Shown: positions 1-10,253, counted from the stretch's first letter. The stretch is DNA of 64,000 bases from a virus (IMGVR_UViG_3300049472_000168:64001-128000); one strand, 5' to 3'. A program made the numbers and translations. Notes: generated by a model not told the origin, from the letters alone.

Positions 1-66
1 TCAGATGGTACCCCTATCCTAGATCACCACAAACCAGACATCTTCCCTGTTGAAATCACAGGACCC

Positions 67-3000
67 ATGACAAACAGGCCACATACGCCTCATGAGGATT
101 TCAGGGCAAATGGATACATGAAAGCAGCGGTAAAGAAGGGCAATCCCAAGAGGGGATACTACTATCGTAATGTCGGCGAAGACTCAGGCTCTATTTCTGC
201 TGTGGTTCCTCCTGGTGGGGCCCATCTTAGAAGGCTAGATAGATCCCTGAGCAAGGCCGAATCTAAACCCAAAACACCCAAAATCCCGAAACCTCCGGAA
301 CTTGTCGTTACCCACAATCTGAGCGAAGACAAACTAAAACATGCCTCTGAGATAGGTGGTTTGATTGCTCCGTCTATTGCGATCCACCACAAAGAATACG
401 GCCACGACGGATTTGGAGAAATCTCCTTAATCGCTCCTCCCCATGTCGTAGACCCCAAGACAACCCCTGTTTTTGATGCCGATATCTATAGTCCACGACA
501 TCCTAGAGTTTTTCATAGTCTGAAGCCTAAGGAAGCCAAGGAATTCCTGACCTGGATCCGCCCCCACCAAAAAGAAGTCTCTAAGCATTACGCCAGCTTC
601 GATTCATTCGGCATCCACTTTAATTCGGACCAGATAAGCAAAGGCTTCGAGGATGGCCTGAGGCATAGCTTCCTTTCCGAGAAGGCTCCCGAAGTACTTA
701 GCAAAATTAAGGAGTCCGCAAAACCAACAACCATCGGGACGTATGAATACGACACCGACTGGGGAGCAATTCGGTATGGTATTCGCCAGCACATCGAGGA
801 TAGCGGACTCAAACCAGAATACGAGAAATATGCCAAAGAAAAAATAGCCCCAATACTGGGTGACAGATACTTCCTCAAGAACGGGAAGAAGAAGCCCTAT
901 ACCACGGAAAATGTTCTCAAAGAACTAACTTCTACGATAAGAAACGGCGAAGGCGGCATGTCTGGAGGCATGGGTCAGATCAGAGCTGCAGGGGCCAAGA
1001 AGTTCCGTTCCTTTGATCAACTCAAAGGCCATCAGGACAAATTGGGCAGGTATGGGGACAGCAATTTTCCATCCGAGATAGTTTCTGGGGACGGTAGACA
1101 GGTTAAATCCGTCAAATCTGCTAATTCAAAGAACTTCGAGGATATCTCTGATGCCCTGAAAACCGCCAATGATTCTGGATTTTCGACATGGGGCAGTTTA
1201 GACCAAACCTCTGATGTCATCAAACATCTGTATAAAACAAAAAATATCGATTCCGCCCTCAGAGCTGGAGGATTCAATCCAGAAAAGGTCAGTGCCGAGA
1301 CCAAAGCTAAGATCAGACAGTTAGCAGCAGACCTCGTAATGAGCCCTACCGAATACTTCGAGGCGAAACCTCAACGAGTCGTCGGAATCAATGAATTCAA
1401 AGCCGCCGCTATCCCTCATAACGCATCTCCTGATGTTGTGGGGCTCCTCAATCGTCATGGTATCCGACACATCGAGAGATACCAAAAGGACGACCCCATA
1501 GACCGAAAAAGGGCTGTACAGAGGGCGGCTGAGGCCAATGACTTGATGCTATCAGAGGATGACTTCTGGGAAGCTCTAGAATTTGAAGAACTCAAGAAAT
1601 CAAGAGATTCCGAGGTCCAGTCACTACTTAGACATCCGGACCCCGTAGAACGAAGTCTTGCCCTCAAGTTAGATAGCTGTAGTTCTCATGATATCCTGGA
1701 GGCTTCGCTAGACCCTCATCCGGATGTCTGGGCAGAGGCTCTGAATCATCCCGAAGCCAAACATGCTAGATCTGTTTTGTTGGCCTCTGCCAGGGCCCAT
1801 GACGGTACCGACCTCTGGGACCGACATCTTCACATCCTGAGCAATCCTGACCTCCCCGCAGCTCACGTCCATAAGCTGTACGACACCGTTCTGGGCGATA
1901 ACTCCCTGGAACCAGATATCAGGGCATCTCGACTCTACCAGATTTCGAGGCATCCTAGCTTTGGTGATGTCGAGATTCCCGAAGACCTCCACAAAGCTGA
2001 ATATCTGCTACCAGACCTCCACGGCGATGTCAATGAGCCTACTAGACCAGAGCTGGAGCCGCTAAAGGCTGCGTTTGGTACAGCTAAAACTGACAGGACA
2101 CCCAGTAGTAAGCAAATTACAAAGACCGGTGTCGAATCTGGAAAGAAGGTCGTCAACATCACGACCCCAGATGGGCCCCAGAGGCTACTGCTGAAGCCCT
2201 ATAAGACACTTTATAACACGGGTTGGCAGGAATTAAATTCCCAAGCTCTATATCACGCCGCTGGGATCGGAGACCTCCATCAAAAATCCTTCGTTACCCA
2301 TTACGAAGGCGAGCCCCATGTCGCAGTTCTGATTGAGCCCGGACATACTGCTGGATCTATGAATGATCTGATGCCTGGCCCAAAAACCAGAGCAGACGCA
2401 TCTGTGAGGAAGGCCTATGCCTGGGATCTGATTAAGCCACATCTTGGAGATGTCTCGAAGATCCATGTCATGGATTATATCCAGGACAACATCGACAGAC
2501 ATGATGAAAACCTACTGATTAGACCCGATGGCAGGCCTCTAGCCATAGATAATTCGGGGTCGGAAATACTCTGGGATCAACCTCATCATGGCTTCGAGTA
2601 CTTCTCCAGGAACCAAGGCAATTCCTTGACAGATGGAAGACTTGACGATCACATTGACACAATCAAATCGTGGTGGCCTCAGGTCGGACCCAAAATCCGA
2701 AGGGCCCTTTCCGATAGACTGAGGGACCTGCCTGAGGACAGAAGGAATTCTGTTATCAAACATTTTGGGGTCAGATTAAATCACCTCGACGACATCGCCA
2801 GTGGCAAGCTCCAGAAAGCCATCAAAGGCGCTGACCACCTCAAGGGTCCTGCCGCTGCGGTATCGGACGCCCTAGAAGACAAGCAATACAAGACGACGAA
2901 AGCGATTTCACCTCTGGACCTGTCATATTTTGCGGGTCAGGCCAAATTAGCAGAAAACAGAAACCATAGGATAGAATCATTCGAGGAACTCAACACAGCT

Positions 3001-5820
3001 CCTCATGATATTCAGCCAGAATCCCATACTCTAGACGGCATCGAGCCCAAAACGGTATACAGGAATCCTCAGACCCAGTCTCGGCACATGGTGAAGTCGG
3101 CACATTCTCCATTTTTGATGGGAGTGTTTCGCCAGATCCCTACATTCGAGGATTCCGAAGGATTCAAGCAAAACAAAGACTATTTCTACGAGGCCAATCT
3201 AAATTCTGGATGGTCAGAGGCCACGACTCAGGAATTGTATAAGGCAGGAGGGATTTCTGGTCTCTGCCAGTCGTCTCATATCGCTGATGTCGGAGGAAAA
3301 CCAGCACTAGTCATCCATATGGCTCATCACAGCTATGAGCCTATAGCTGATGTCCCGGCTACGGCAATAAATTCTTCGGTTGGTAATCCGGAGGGTGCCG
3401 AAGCATTTCGCCGGATTGGGTGGATGGATCGGCTGACCTTCAACTCAGACCGCCACGCCGGAAATCTCATGTTGAGCCGCAGCGGTGGCAGGCCTCTGGC
3501 CATAGATCACGGCAGATCTTTTTATGTCCCACACAGAGCAACACATGACGGGACCAAAACAGAAGATGTCGGACCTTTTCGTGCCAGTAAAAGTGAAGCC
3601 GAAAAATGGGGAAGACATTCGGCTCAGGTTCTTGGAGATAATTCCAGAGGATATCCAGACAAATTCTGGTGGGATTCGACCAAAGATGCAATGAAGGCTA
3701 GGTTTCATGAAATCGTCGATGCCACTGCTGGAGAGCATAGAGATACCTATATTAGCCATTTCGACCACAACCTAAGTCTGATGGATGCTGAGATTCAGGC
3801 CCATTATGCCAAGGAAAAAGAGAAAGCCGAGGCCTATGCCAGGGCTAAGCCTCAACGAGATGCTGAGAACGATGCGCTATTTGCGGAGTTAAATAAATCA
3901 GATTCTGGAACCGCTATGGCCCAGAACTTGGCTCGGCTCATCTCTGGACGGACTCGATCTGTAGAAAACAAACAGGCCTACGATATTCTTTCTGATCCCA
4001 AGCATACCGATGAAGTGATAGAGGCCATTAAGTCCAGGCCCGCTTTGGCTACAGATATCCTAGACCTAGGAGCTGAGGTCGGTGGATATAGAGATCTATT
4101 GAAGAGGATGCCCGATCCTGTAGTCAATGCTGTAGCTGATCATATCGATAAAGACCATCCCAACTCTAGTGTTTTCCTATACCAAATGGCGAGGCAGGGG
4201 GTTCTTAGTAGACTGACTCCAGATGTGTTGTCCCGGTACATATCCCATCCCAAGGCTGGGCCGGAAATGATGTCTGCGGTAAATGGAGCAAAAAACTCCG
4301 GATTCGACGGATCAAAGGTTTCAGAGAAGGACTGGGAGAACTATCTCAAATCTCCGACTACAACTGGTTCTCCTAATAATGCCTCTAAGGTATATAGGTT
4401 AAGAGTCCTTCATGAACTGGGAGGAAACGTATCTGATTCCGCTATCTCTAATGTTGTAGCGGAAATAAATCAAGACCTAGGCCCCTCTGCTCGCCAGAAT
4501 ATTTACAATAATATAGCAGCATACTCCAGAATTCCGGATTCGGTCTGGCCCGAAATGGTCGAAAACGCCCCCGGTGCCCTGCTACAAAATCCGAGACACC
4601 AAAACAATACCCCAGAACAAGACGCAGCCATTCTTAGGTCTGCTGTGGTGAAAAGGCAGTCTACTGAGATAGATGAAAACGACGCCCTTCGATATCCACA
4701 TGGCGAAATCAAAGGTAGGATAGAGAGAGCCTTCCTGAATTCAAGCCATTTGTTTGGGCAAGAGGAAAAGGCTAATCTGAATCAACTATTCAGAATGCAT
4801 CGGCTCGACCCCGATACCTTTAAACACCCAGACCTAAGCACCCAGGATGATATTCGATTAAGAGGAGGAAAGAAACACGGTGCTATTGACGTAAGAACTA
4901 ATACAATGAGACTTCGTCGTCTCAGAGACCACATCCTTCAGACCGGTAAAACAGAACTGAGCCCGAAGCACTTTACCCCAGACCTCAAGCCGCTACTTGA
5001 ACAGATTCCTTTTGCTAGGACTAAGTCTGGAGACATCTCGGCTGACCTAATACAGAAAGCGATTGACTCCACGCCTTCAACAAAATTCAATTGGGGCACG
5101 TCTGAATGGGATGGTGTCCAGAGACATAGTGTAGATCCATCTCACGTCTTCCAGCTCGATGTCTCCACAGATCACATCAAAAAAATGCACGAAGCCGGGG
5201 TTCTGGATTCTTTTTGGAAAAGACAAAAGATATCAGAAACCCATCCCATAAATACTCACACTGTGGGATGGGTCAGATATACCGGAAGACTTCCTATTCC
5301 TGCCTATCATGATCCCGGCAGTATCTTTATTGACGAGATCCAGAGCGATCACGCCGTACCTTATGTGAAGCAAATCGAATCCGAGACTCGTAGAGAATAT
5401 CCAGACGATCCAGCAGCAGTTGCTTACGCAGTAGACCGGGCCCAAAAACACTTACCCCTAGAACACCAGAAAAAGATCAACGAAATTATATTCGGTAGTG
5501 TTCATCCCAACAAGGTAGTAGCTGAGGCATTCTTGCAACATCTCAGAAACCTGGGAGATGGCAACACCTCAATCAGAACCCATACCGTGGAGTCTAAACT
5601 GCCGATTTCATTTAGCCACAAAGACGACAGCGACCGACCTACCCCACAGACGGCTCCTGTTCACTTCAAGGATACCTACGAAAAGATGCCCAAGGAATGG
5701 GGCATGAAACCGGCAACCTATGGAGATTCTCCAAGGATCCATAATACCGAGACCGGACCAGAAATGAAAGGCAAGCCGATTCAGGCCGGGGTGGTCCGCA
5801 AGACGGAAGACGTTGAATAG
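67..5820 (+). CDS. Large polyvalent (multi-domain) protein, 1917 aa: N-terminal conserved domain, HEAT-like repeats, two HipA/PI3K-like kinase domains, helical region, C-terminal EIQSD-motif domain; probable virion-internal protein
   Basis: Two kinase-like units: LLKPY..WQE..DYIQDNIDRHDENLL..PLAIDNS and MVKS..WSE..DRLTFNSDRHAGNLM..PLAIDHG. HEAT-like LLRHPDPVER/LDPHPDVW. GWVRY...IFIDEIQSD near the C-terminus. Junction motifs SLSKAE, ELKKSR, DLHKAE, KLQKAI, ELNKSD, LIQKAI. Confidence 0.75.
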   Translation: MTNRPHTPHEDFRANGYMKAAVKKGNPKRGYYYRNVGEDSGSISAVVPPGGAHLRRLDRSLSKAESKPKTPKIPKPPELVVTHNLSEDKLKHASEIGGLIAPSIAIHHKEYGHDGFGEISLIAPPHVVDPKTTPVFDADIYSPRHPRVFHSLKPKEAKEFLTWIRPHQKEVSKHYASFDSFGIHFNSDQISKGFEDGLRHSFLSEKAPEVLSKIKESAKPTTIGTYEYDTDWGAIRYGIRQHIEDSGLKPEYEKYAKEKIAPILGDRYFLKNGKKKPYTTENVLKELTSTIRNGEGGMSGGMGQIRAAGAKKFRSFDQLKGHQDKLGRYGDSNFPSEIVSGDGRQVKSVKSANSKNFEDISDALKTANDSGFSTWGSLDQTSDVIKHLYKTKNIDSALRAGGFNPEKVSAETKAKIRQLAADLVMSPTEYFEAKPQRVVGINEFKAAAIPHNASPDVVGLLNRHGIRHIERYQKDDPIDRKRAVQRAAEANDLMLSEDDFWEALEFEELKKSRDSEVQSLLRHPDPVERSLALKLDSCSSHDILEASLDPHPDVWAEALNHPEAKHARSVLLASARAHDGTDLWDRHLHILSNPDLPAAHVHKLYDTVLGDNSLEPDIRASRLYQISRHPSFGDVEIPEDLHKAEYLLPDLHGDVNEPTRPELEPLKAAFGTAKTDRTPSSKQITKTGVESGKKVVNITTPDGPQRLLLKPYKTLYNTGWQELNSQALYHAAGIGDLHQKSFVTHYEGEPHVAVLIEPGHTAGSMNDLMPGPKTRADASVRKAYAWDLIKPHLGDVSKIHVMDYIQDNIDRHDENLLIRPDGRPLAIDNSGSEILWDQPHHGFEYFSRNQGNSLTDGRLDDHIDTIKSWWPQVGPKIRRALSDRLRDLPEDRRNSVIKHFGVRLNHLDDIASGKLQKAIKGADHLKGPAAAVSDALEDKQYKTTKAISPLDLSYFAGQAKLAENRNHRIESFEELNTAPHDIQPESHTLDGIEPKTVYRNPQTQSRHMVKSAHSPFLMGVFRQIPTFEDSEGFKQNKDYFYEANLNSGWSEATTQELYKAGGISGLCQSSHIADVGGKPALVIHMAHHSYEPIADVPATAINSSVGNPEGAEAFRRIGWMDRLTFNSDRHAGNLMLSRSGGRPLAIDHGRSFYVPHRATHDGTKTEDVGPFRASKSEAEKWGRHSAQVLGDNSRGYPDKFWWDSTKDAMKARFHEIVDATAGEHRDTYISHFDHNLSLMDAEIQAHYAKEKEKAEAYARAKPQRDAENDALFAELNKSDSGTAMAQNLARLISGRTRSVENKQAYDILSDPKHTDEVIEAIKSRPALATDILDLGAEVGGYRDLLKRMPDPVVNAVADHIDKDHPNSSVFLYQMARQGVLSRLTPDVLSRYISHPKAGPEMMSAVNGAKNSGFDGSKVSEKDWENYLKSPTTTGSPNNASKVYRLRVLHELGGNVSDSAISNVVAEINQDLGPSARQNIYNNIAAYSRIPDSVWPEMVENAPGALLQNPRHQNNTPEQDAAILRSAVVKRQSTEIDENDALRYPHGEIKGRIERAFLNSSHLFGQEEKANLNQLFRMHRLDPDTFKHPDLSTQDDIRLRGGKKHGAIDVRTNTMRLRRLRDHILQTGKTELSPKHFTPDLKPLLEQIPFARTKSGDISADLIQKAIDSTPSTKFNWGTSEWDGVQRHSVDPSHVFQLDVSTDHIKKMHEAGVLDSFWKRQKISETHPINTHTVGWVRYTGRLPIPAYHDPGSIFIDEIQSDHAVPYVKQIESETRREYPDDPAAVAYAVDRAQKHLPLEHQKKINEIIFGSVHPNKVVAEAFLQHLRNLGDGNTSIRTHTVESKLPISFSHKDDSDRPTPQTAPVHFKDTYEKMPKEWGMKPATYGDSPRIHNTETGPEMKGKPIQAGVVRKTEDVE

Positions 5821-5846
5821 ACCAACAGACCTGGTATAATAAAACT

Positions 5847-6047
5847 ATGCAAGTCACAATCACACACCTTCACAACTCTGCGGTCGAAAACTTCAGGGGT
5901 GAGCCAAACCAAATCGGCCAGCAACTGTTGACACGGTTTCCATGGCTCTCCTACGACCCCTATAACCCGAATCACAGCCCCAGTAATTTCCCCGATATCA
6001 TTGCGAGACTAGCGGCTCAGCAGAATATCCATGTCAAAGTGATGTAA
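5847..6047 (+). CDS. Small protein (66 aa), stand-alone paralog of the N-terminal domain of the downstream kinase
   Basis: MQVTITHLH..FRG....LLTRFPWL aligns with MRLEIKNLH..FEG....LFYRFPWL of 6047-7345. Upstream TGGTATAAT-6nt-ATG. TAATG overlap with the next gene. Confidence 0.7.
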   Translation: MQVTITHLHNSAVENFRGEPNQIGQQLLTRFPWLSYDPYNPNHSPSNFPDIIARLAAQQNIHVKVM

Positions 6048-7345
6048 TGCGTCTAGAGATCAAGAACCTCCATAGCGAGACCTCGCAAGTTTTCGAGGGC
6101 ACCGAATCTGAAGTCAAGCGAGACCTCTTCTACAGGTTTCCTTGGCTGGCGAAGAAATTTGGCCTTCACGCCTCTGTAGGTATTTTGATTCACTCCCTGA
6201 ATCAGACCCAAGCTGTTGAGGTCATAGAGGAACCCGGAGATATCGAGGTTTCTGATATCTCGAAATCTGAAGTCATCAAAGCGCATCTGGGCCATTCCGA
6301 CACGTTGGAATCCGCACTTAGAGCAGCGGCTTTTCTCAGTGGGAAGGCAATAAATCCCGAAGCCATCAGAGCGGCTAGAAACACCACAGACGATCCCCAC
6401 GAGGTTGCTCTGATTGCTGCTGGACTCGGTATCGACAAGTTGAAGGCCCTCAAGGCAGTAATGACCTGGGACGAAGCCAAGAAATCAGAGACCAAGCCCT
6501 ATAAACCAGAAAACGTCCAGGCCGTGACTCCGGCAGGTAAAGAATTTGCAGATGCCGTCAGGGCGGCTGCGGAGTCTGGGGATATTTCTGAGGTCGATTT
6601 AGGTGGAGTCCACAGCGGAGGAAGCCTCCTGGCCAAGACTCCGGAGAACTCCACGATTCTGCTGAAACCGGGTAAGGGTCAGAACTCTCAGAGAGGTGCT
6701 CAGGATTCTTCGGGATCCCAGCCAAAGAGGGAATCTGCATTTTATGCGGCTTCCAAGATTTTAGGAATCCAGGATTTCATCCCGGAAACCCATCTTCTCC
6801 TGATCGATGGCGTCGAGTATTCAGCCATCCAGTTGCTGCCCTGGGACTTCCACGACATGAACGAGATGAAGGCAAAGGACCCCAGCGGTCCCAGGAGACT
6901 GCTTTCGCTCTACCTCAGCAGAGGAGACCTCCACAAATGGGCAGCAGCGGACTACATCTTGGGCAACCCAGATCGTAATGCTGGGAACATCATGATCAGA
7001 GGAGATATCCTCAATCTGATTGACCACGGCTCAGCTTTTGATGGAGAAAACTTCGACCCCGTCCATGATAACAAGAGCTTTGTCCCATATTACCTCAGAG
7101 TCTTTGTACCGAACTGGGCAGATCTCGACCAGGAATCGAGGTTTAAGGCGGCTCCACGAGTTTCTACAGAGATGGCAGCGGAACTGGGGGCCTGGGTCCA
7201 GTCCATCGATACCGATGCCTTAGCTCATGAGATATCGAGATACGGCATCGACCCGACCCCAGCCGTTATCAGACTTCAGAGATTGAAGGAAATCTGCTAC
7301 ACCATGGCCCCAGACCTAGCGATCAATTCGCTTTGGACTCTTTAG
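6047..7345 (+). CDS. HipA/PI3-PI4-kinase-like protein kinase with N-terminal accessory domains
   Basis: LGGVHSGG glycine loop, LLKPG Lys, RESAFY helix-C Glu, DYILGNPDRNAGNIM catalytic loop, LIDHGSAF. Confidence 0.75.
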   Translation: MRLEIKNLHSETSQVFEGTESEVKRDLFYRFPWLAKKFGLHASVGILIHSLNQTQAVEVIEEPGDIEVSDISKSEVIKAHLGHSDTLESALRAAAFLSGKAINPEAIRAARNTTDDPHEVALIAAGLGIDKLKALKAVMTWDEAKKSETKPYKPENVQAVTPAGKEFADAVRAAAESGDISEVDLGGVHSGGSLLAKTPENSTILLKPGKGQNSQRGAQDSSGSQPKRESAFYAASKILGIQDFIPETHLLLIDGVEYSAIQLLPWDFHDMNEMKAKDPSGPRRLLSLYLSRGDLHKWAAADYILGNPDRNAGNIMIRGDILNLIDHGSAFDGENFDPVHDNKSFVPYYLRVFVPNWADLDQESRFKAAPRVSTEMAAELGAWVQSIDTDALAHEISRYGIDPTPAVIRLQRLKEICYTMAPDLAINSLWTL

Positions 7346-7898
7346 CTATCTTGGTGTAGTCTGTCTTCTTTTTGGACGCATGACAAGTCTTCATGCATTT
7401 CTCAGCATGTAGCCTGGCTCTGATCGCGGTTATTTTCTTCCGAGTCGATACGACTTTATGGGCATACCCCGAGACCTCTTTCTTCTGGGCGACAAAACGA
7501 GTCGGCCCCTTGTTATAGGCCGTCAAAGCATGGGTCCACTTCCCAAACCTTTTATGGAGGTCGGCTAGGTATCGGGCCCCGATTCTGATGTTGTGCTCGA
7601 TTCGACCCGAATCGTAGTAACCCATACCAAGGGATGTAGCCACAGCTTTAGCGGTAATAGGATGGAGCTGGAGTAATCCGACGCAGGCCATATGGGATTT
7701 AGCCGAGACAGTATATCCTGATTCTACCTCAACAGTAGCTATCAGGAGGTCCTCTGGCACCCCGGATTCAACACTAGCAGTCGTTATTGCTGTAGCCAAC
7801 CTACGAACTTTACTGGACTCCATCTCAAATCCACCAGACTTGATAACAGCAGACAGGTCATGGGGCGATATCGCCAGGATCAGAGCTGCCCAGATCAT
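7323..7898 (-). CDS. Lytic transglycosylase (SLT domain) with N-terminal hydrophobic signal
   Basis: VESGY catalytic Glu, GLLQL, NIRIGARYL and ALTAYNKG motifs. Confidence 0.85.
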   Translation of the reverse strand: MIWAALILAISPHDLSAVIKSGGFEMESSKVRRLATAITTASVESGVPEDLLIATVEVESGYTVSAKSHMACVGLLQLHPITAKAVATSLGMGYYDSGRIEHNIRIGARYLADLHKRFGKWTHALTAYNKGPTRFVAQKKEVSGYAHKVVSTRKKITAIRARLHAEKCMKTCHASKKKTDYTKIAKESKAN

Positions 7899-8107
7899 TT
7901 GGACTCCATTCGGCTGGTGTCGAAGGGATTCTTCGGGAAGTATCCTTTGTCATTCCTGCTGACCAGCCAGTCCATGATTGGGATCGCGACATACTTATCA
8001 GCCCGAACCAATGTCGCCCTTTCTTTAGAGAAGGTTTCAAAAATGGCCTCGCCTGTACGTAGACTTACAACAACCCACGACGACGGATTTTTCCAAGGAT
8101 TCGACAT
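7895..8107 (-). CDS. Hypothetical phage protein (70 aa)
   Basis: ORF directly behind a TTGACA-17-TATATT-6-ATG promoter; ATGA overlap with the SLT gene. Confidence 0.65.
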   Translation of the reverse strand: MSNPWKNPSSWVVVSLRTGEAIFETFSKERATLVRADKYVAIPIMDWLVSRNDKGYFPKNPFDTSRMESK

Positions 8108-8121
8108 ACCTCAAATATAAA

Positions 8122-8883
8122 TTATTTGGGTCCAGTTGTCAAGTCTACGGGATCTACTTCTACACAGAATCCTGGATTGAAATGGATATTCTCCCCTTGG
8201 TATCCCGCAGGATTGCACACAACCATAGTCTTTCTAGCGATATAACTGAAGCTGTCGTGAGTATGGCCATGGGCCCAGTATGAGGCCTCCTGGAGTTCAA
8301 CGATATCTCTGATATCATGGAGGAAGTATCGATTCAGAGGATTTCCGAAATATCTCCGATGAATACTTCCGGGATGTGGCAGATGATGGGTGACGACAAA
8401 ATCCCCTTTCTTTACCGTCTCTTTGAGATAGGAGAAAGAGCCCTCAGCGACAGGATAGATCCAGGAGTAGATGTCCTTGATCTGAGAAAAATCGGAGAGA
8501 TTGAGGTCTCCGAATTCAGGATATGGCGCATGGCGAAACCACAGTGTACATCCTACAAACCTGATGCCTCCTAGTGTGACCGTTTCGTTCTCCAAGACAT
8601 GGAGCCAAGGGCATTTATCAGCCACGCCTCGGACCCTCCATAGGACACGGTCTCTGGTCTCGCCATAAAACTCGTGATTGCCCAAGACATAGACTATTTC
8701 TTTGCCTCTGAATCGATTACAGATGTCTTCTAGGATGTCTACCTTTGAACAGATGTCTCCTGCCATCACTAAGACATCAAAAGACCCCTCAGCGATGGAT
8801 TCTAGGACTGCCTTGTAGCTGAAGTAATCCAAAAACTCCAGATGGAGGTCTGATACTACTTTTACTCTCATCGATTTTCCCAT
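8122..8883 (-). CDS. Calcineurin-like metallophosphoesterase
   Basis: DLH, AGD, GNHE, THH and HGHTH motifs. The start is probably the internal Met (MRVKVVSD) at about 8871. Confidence 0.85.
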   Translation of the reverse strand: MGKSMRVKVVSDLHLEFLDYFSYKAVLESIAEGSFDVLVMAGDICSKVDILEDICNRFRGKEIVYVLGNHEFYGETRDRVLWRVRGVADKCPWLHVLENETVTLGGIRFVGCTLWFRHAPYPEFGDLNLSDFSQIKDIYSWIYPVAEGSFSYLKETVKKGDFVVTHHLPHPGSIHRRYFGNPLNRYFLHDIRDIVELQEASYWAHGHTHDSFSYIARKTMVVCNPAGYQGENIHFNPGFCVEVDPVDLTTGPK

Positions 8884-10253
8884 AGCAATCCCAAGGCTTC
8901 CTGGATACAGACTTCCTGGAACTGAGCCGGAGTCATCTCGGTTCCTTGTACTCTATTTAATAGGGCATCTACGATTTGGGGATCCTGGATGATTCTTGAC
9001 GCAATTTTTAGACGACCATCACGATTCAGGCTGTCCGGCATCTTGAAGACCTTATCGATACGTCCGGGACGGCTCGCATTGGCTGCGGCCAAGGCGGGGT
9101 CTACGTTATCGATGTGGTTTGTTGTGATCACAACAACGATGCCATTGGTTTTTTCGACCCCATCGATACAGTTCAATAAGGCGTCATAGGTCAATCCGTT
9201 GACCAATGACTTTCTCAGATTAAAAACTGCATCGATATCCTCGATCAGGATGATGCAGGGAGACCGAGTCGCCACGATTTTGGACCACGTCGAGGTTAGG
9301 TCTTCGTTGTCCATTGAGGTCAGGTCAGGGATACAAATCGGCAGACCTAAGGACTCCCCAACGGCTCTGACAATTGATGTTTTGCCAGTACCAGGAAGAC
9401 CATGGAGGAGGTATCCACGACGCCAGGGCACCGCTCTGTCTGTATACCAGGATTCATTTGCAGACCAGAAGTCAATATCCCTGATGAACCCAGCTAGGTC
9501 TGGATGGATATACAAGGAATCGGCTTCTTTGTTGGTGAGTGGAGGGGCTCCGATGTCAGATTCCTTCCATCCCAGAGGTTCCCTGCCAAGACTTTCGTCG
9601 TCATCCAGGGAATCTTGTTTAAGCCTTAGCTCTGTCTGCTCCGACCTCTCTTTTGAGGAACCATAAAACCTCCAGACACAGAATCTAGTTGGTTTGTTCT
9701 GTTTCGATGTAATCTGGTTGTAATGAATCGCGGCTTCAGCCATCAAGGTATCGATATCAAGCATCCCTCTCAGATATCTGAGGGCGGGGTCCGTGGTGTT
9801 ATTCTCCTCTTGTCTAGATCTGGCGACTACAACTGGGATCCAGCCTTTGTAGAAGAAGACGCGGTCACCCTCAGATAGGGTCCGGAAGATGACGTGATAT
9901 CTGGCTTTGAGTGATTTGATCCAGACAGGGTCTGCGATGAATCTTTCTGAGCCACCGATAATAGACCTATTACAACTGGCCTTCAAGTAGGTCAGAATCA
10001 TGTCGGCAGCGTGAGAACTCATCGACTTCTTCGGGACCACTGTTTCAGCGATGAAGGCAAAAACGGTCCCAATTGCATTTAAGACCGCCTTCAGAAAGCC
10101 GGAATAGATAAATGCCCAGATCGCCACTCCGATCCCGACACCAAGACCGAGTTCTACATACGAGATATTCAAAACGGAATCCTTTGTGGTGAAATAATGT
10201 CTTCTTTGATCGTACGGAGCGAGGCCATCGCATGGAAGTTGGACCCTGACCAA
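8868..10253 (-). CDS. BCS1-like AAA+ ATPase with N-terminal transmembrane segment
   Basis: WY...PWRRGYLLHGLPGTGKTS Walker A, ILIEDID Walker B, LLNCIDG, TTNH, DPAL..RPGRID. Likely start is TTG at 10172 (TTGA overlap with the upstream gene). Confidence 0.8.
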   Translation of the reverse strand: MVRVQLPCDGLAPYDQRRHYFTTKDSVLNISYVELGLGVGIGVAIWAFIYSGFLKAVLNAIGTVFAFIAETVVPKKSMSSHAADMILTYLKASCNRSIIGGSERFIADPVWIKSLKARYHVIFRTLSEGDRVFFYKGWIPVVVARSRQEENNTTDPALRYLRGMLDIDTLMAEAAIHYNQITSKQNKPTRFCVWRFYGSSKERSEQTELRLKQDSLDDDESLGREPLGWKESDIGAPPLTNKEADSLYIHPDLAGFIRDIDFWSANESWYTDRAVPWRRGYLLHGLPGTGKTSIVRAVGESLGLPICIPDLTSMDNEDLTSTWSKIVATRSPCIILIEDIDAVFNLRKSLVNGLTYDALLNCIDGVEKTNGIVVVITTNHIDNVDPALAAANASRPGRIDKVFKMPDSLNRDGRLKIASRIIQDPQIVDALLNRVQGTEMTPAQFQEVCIQEALGLLWENR

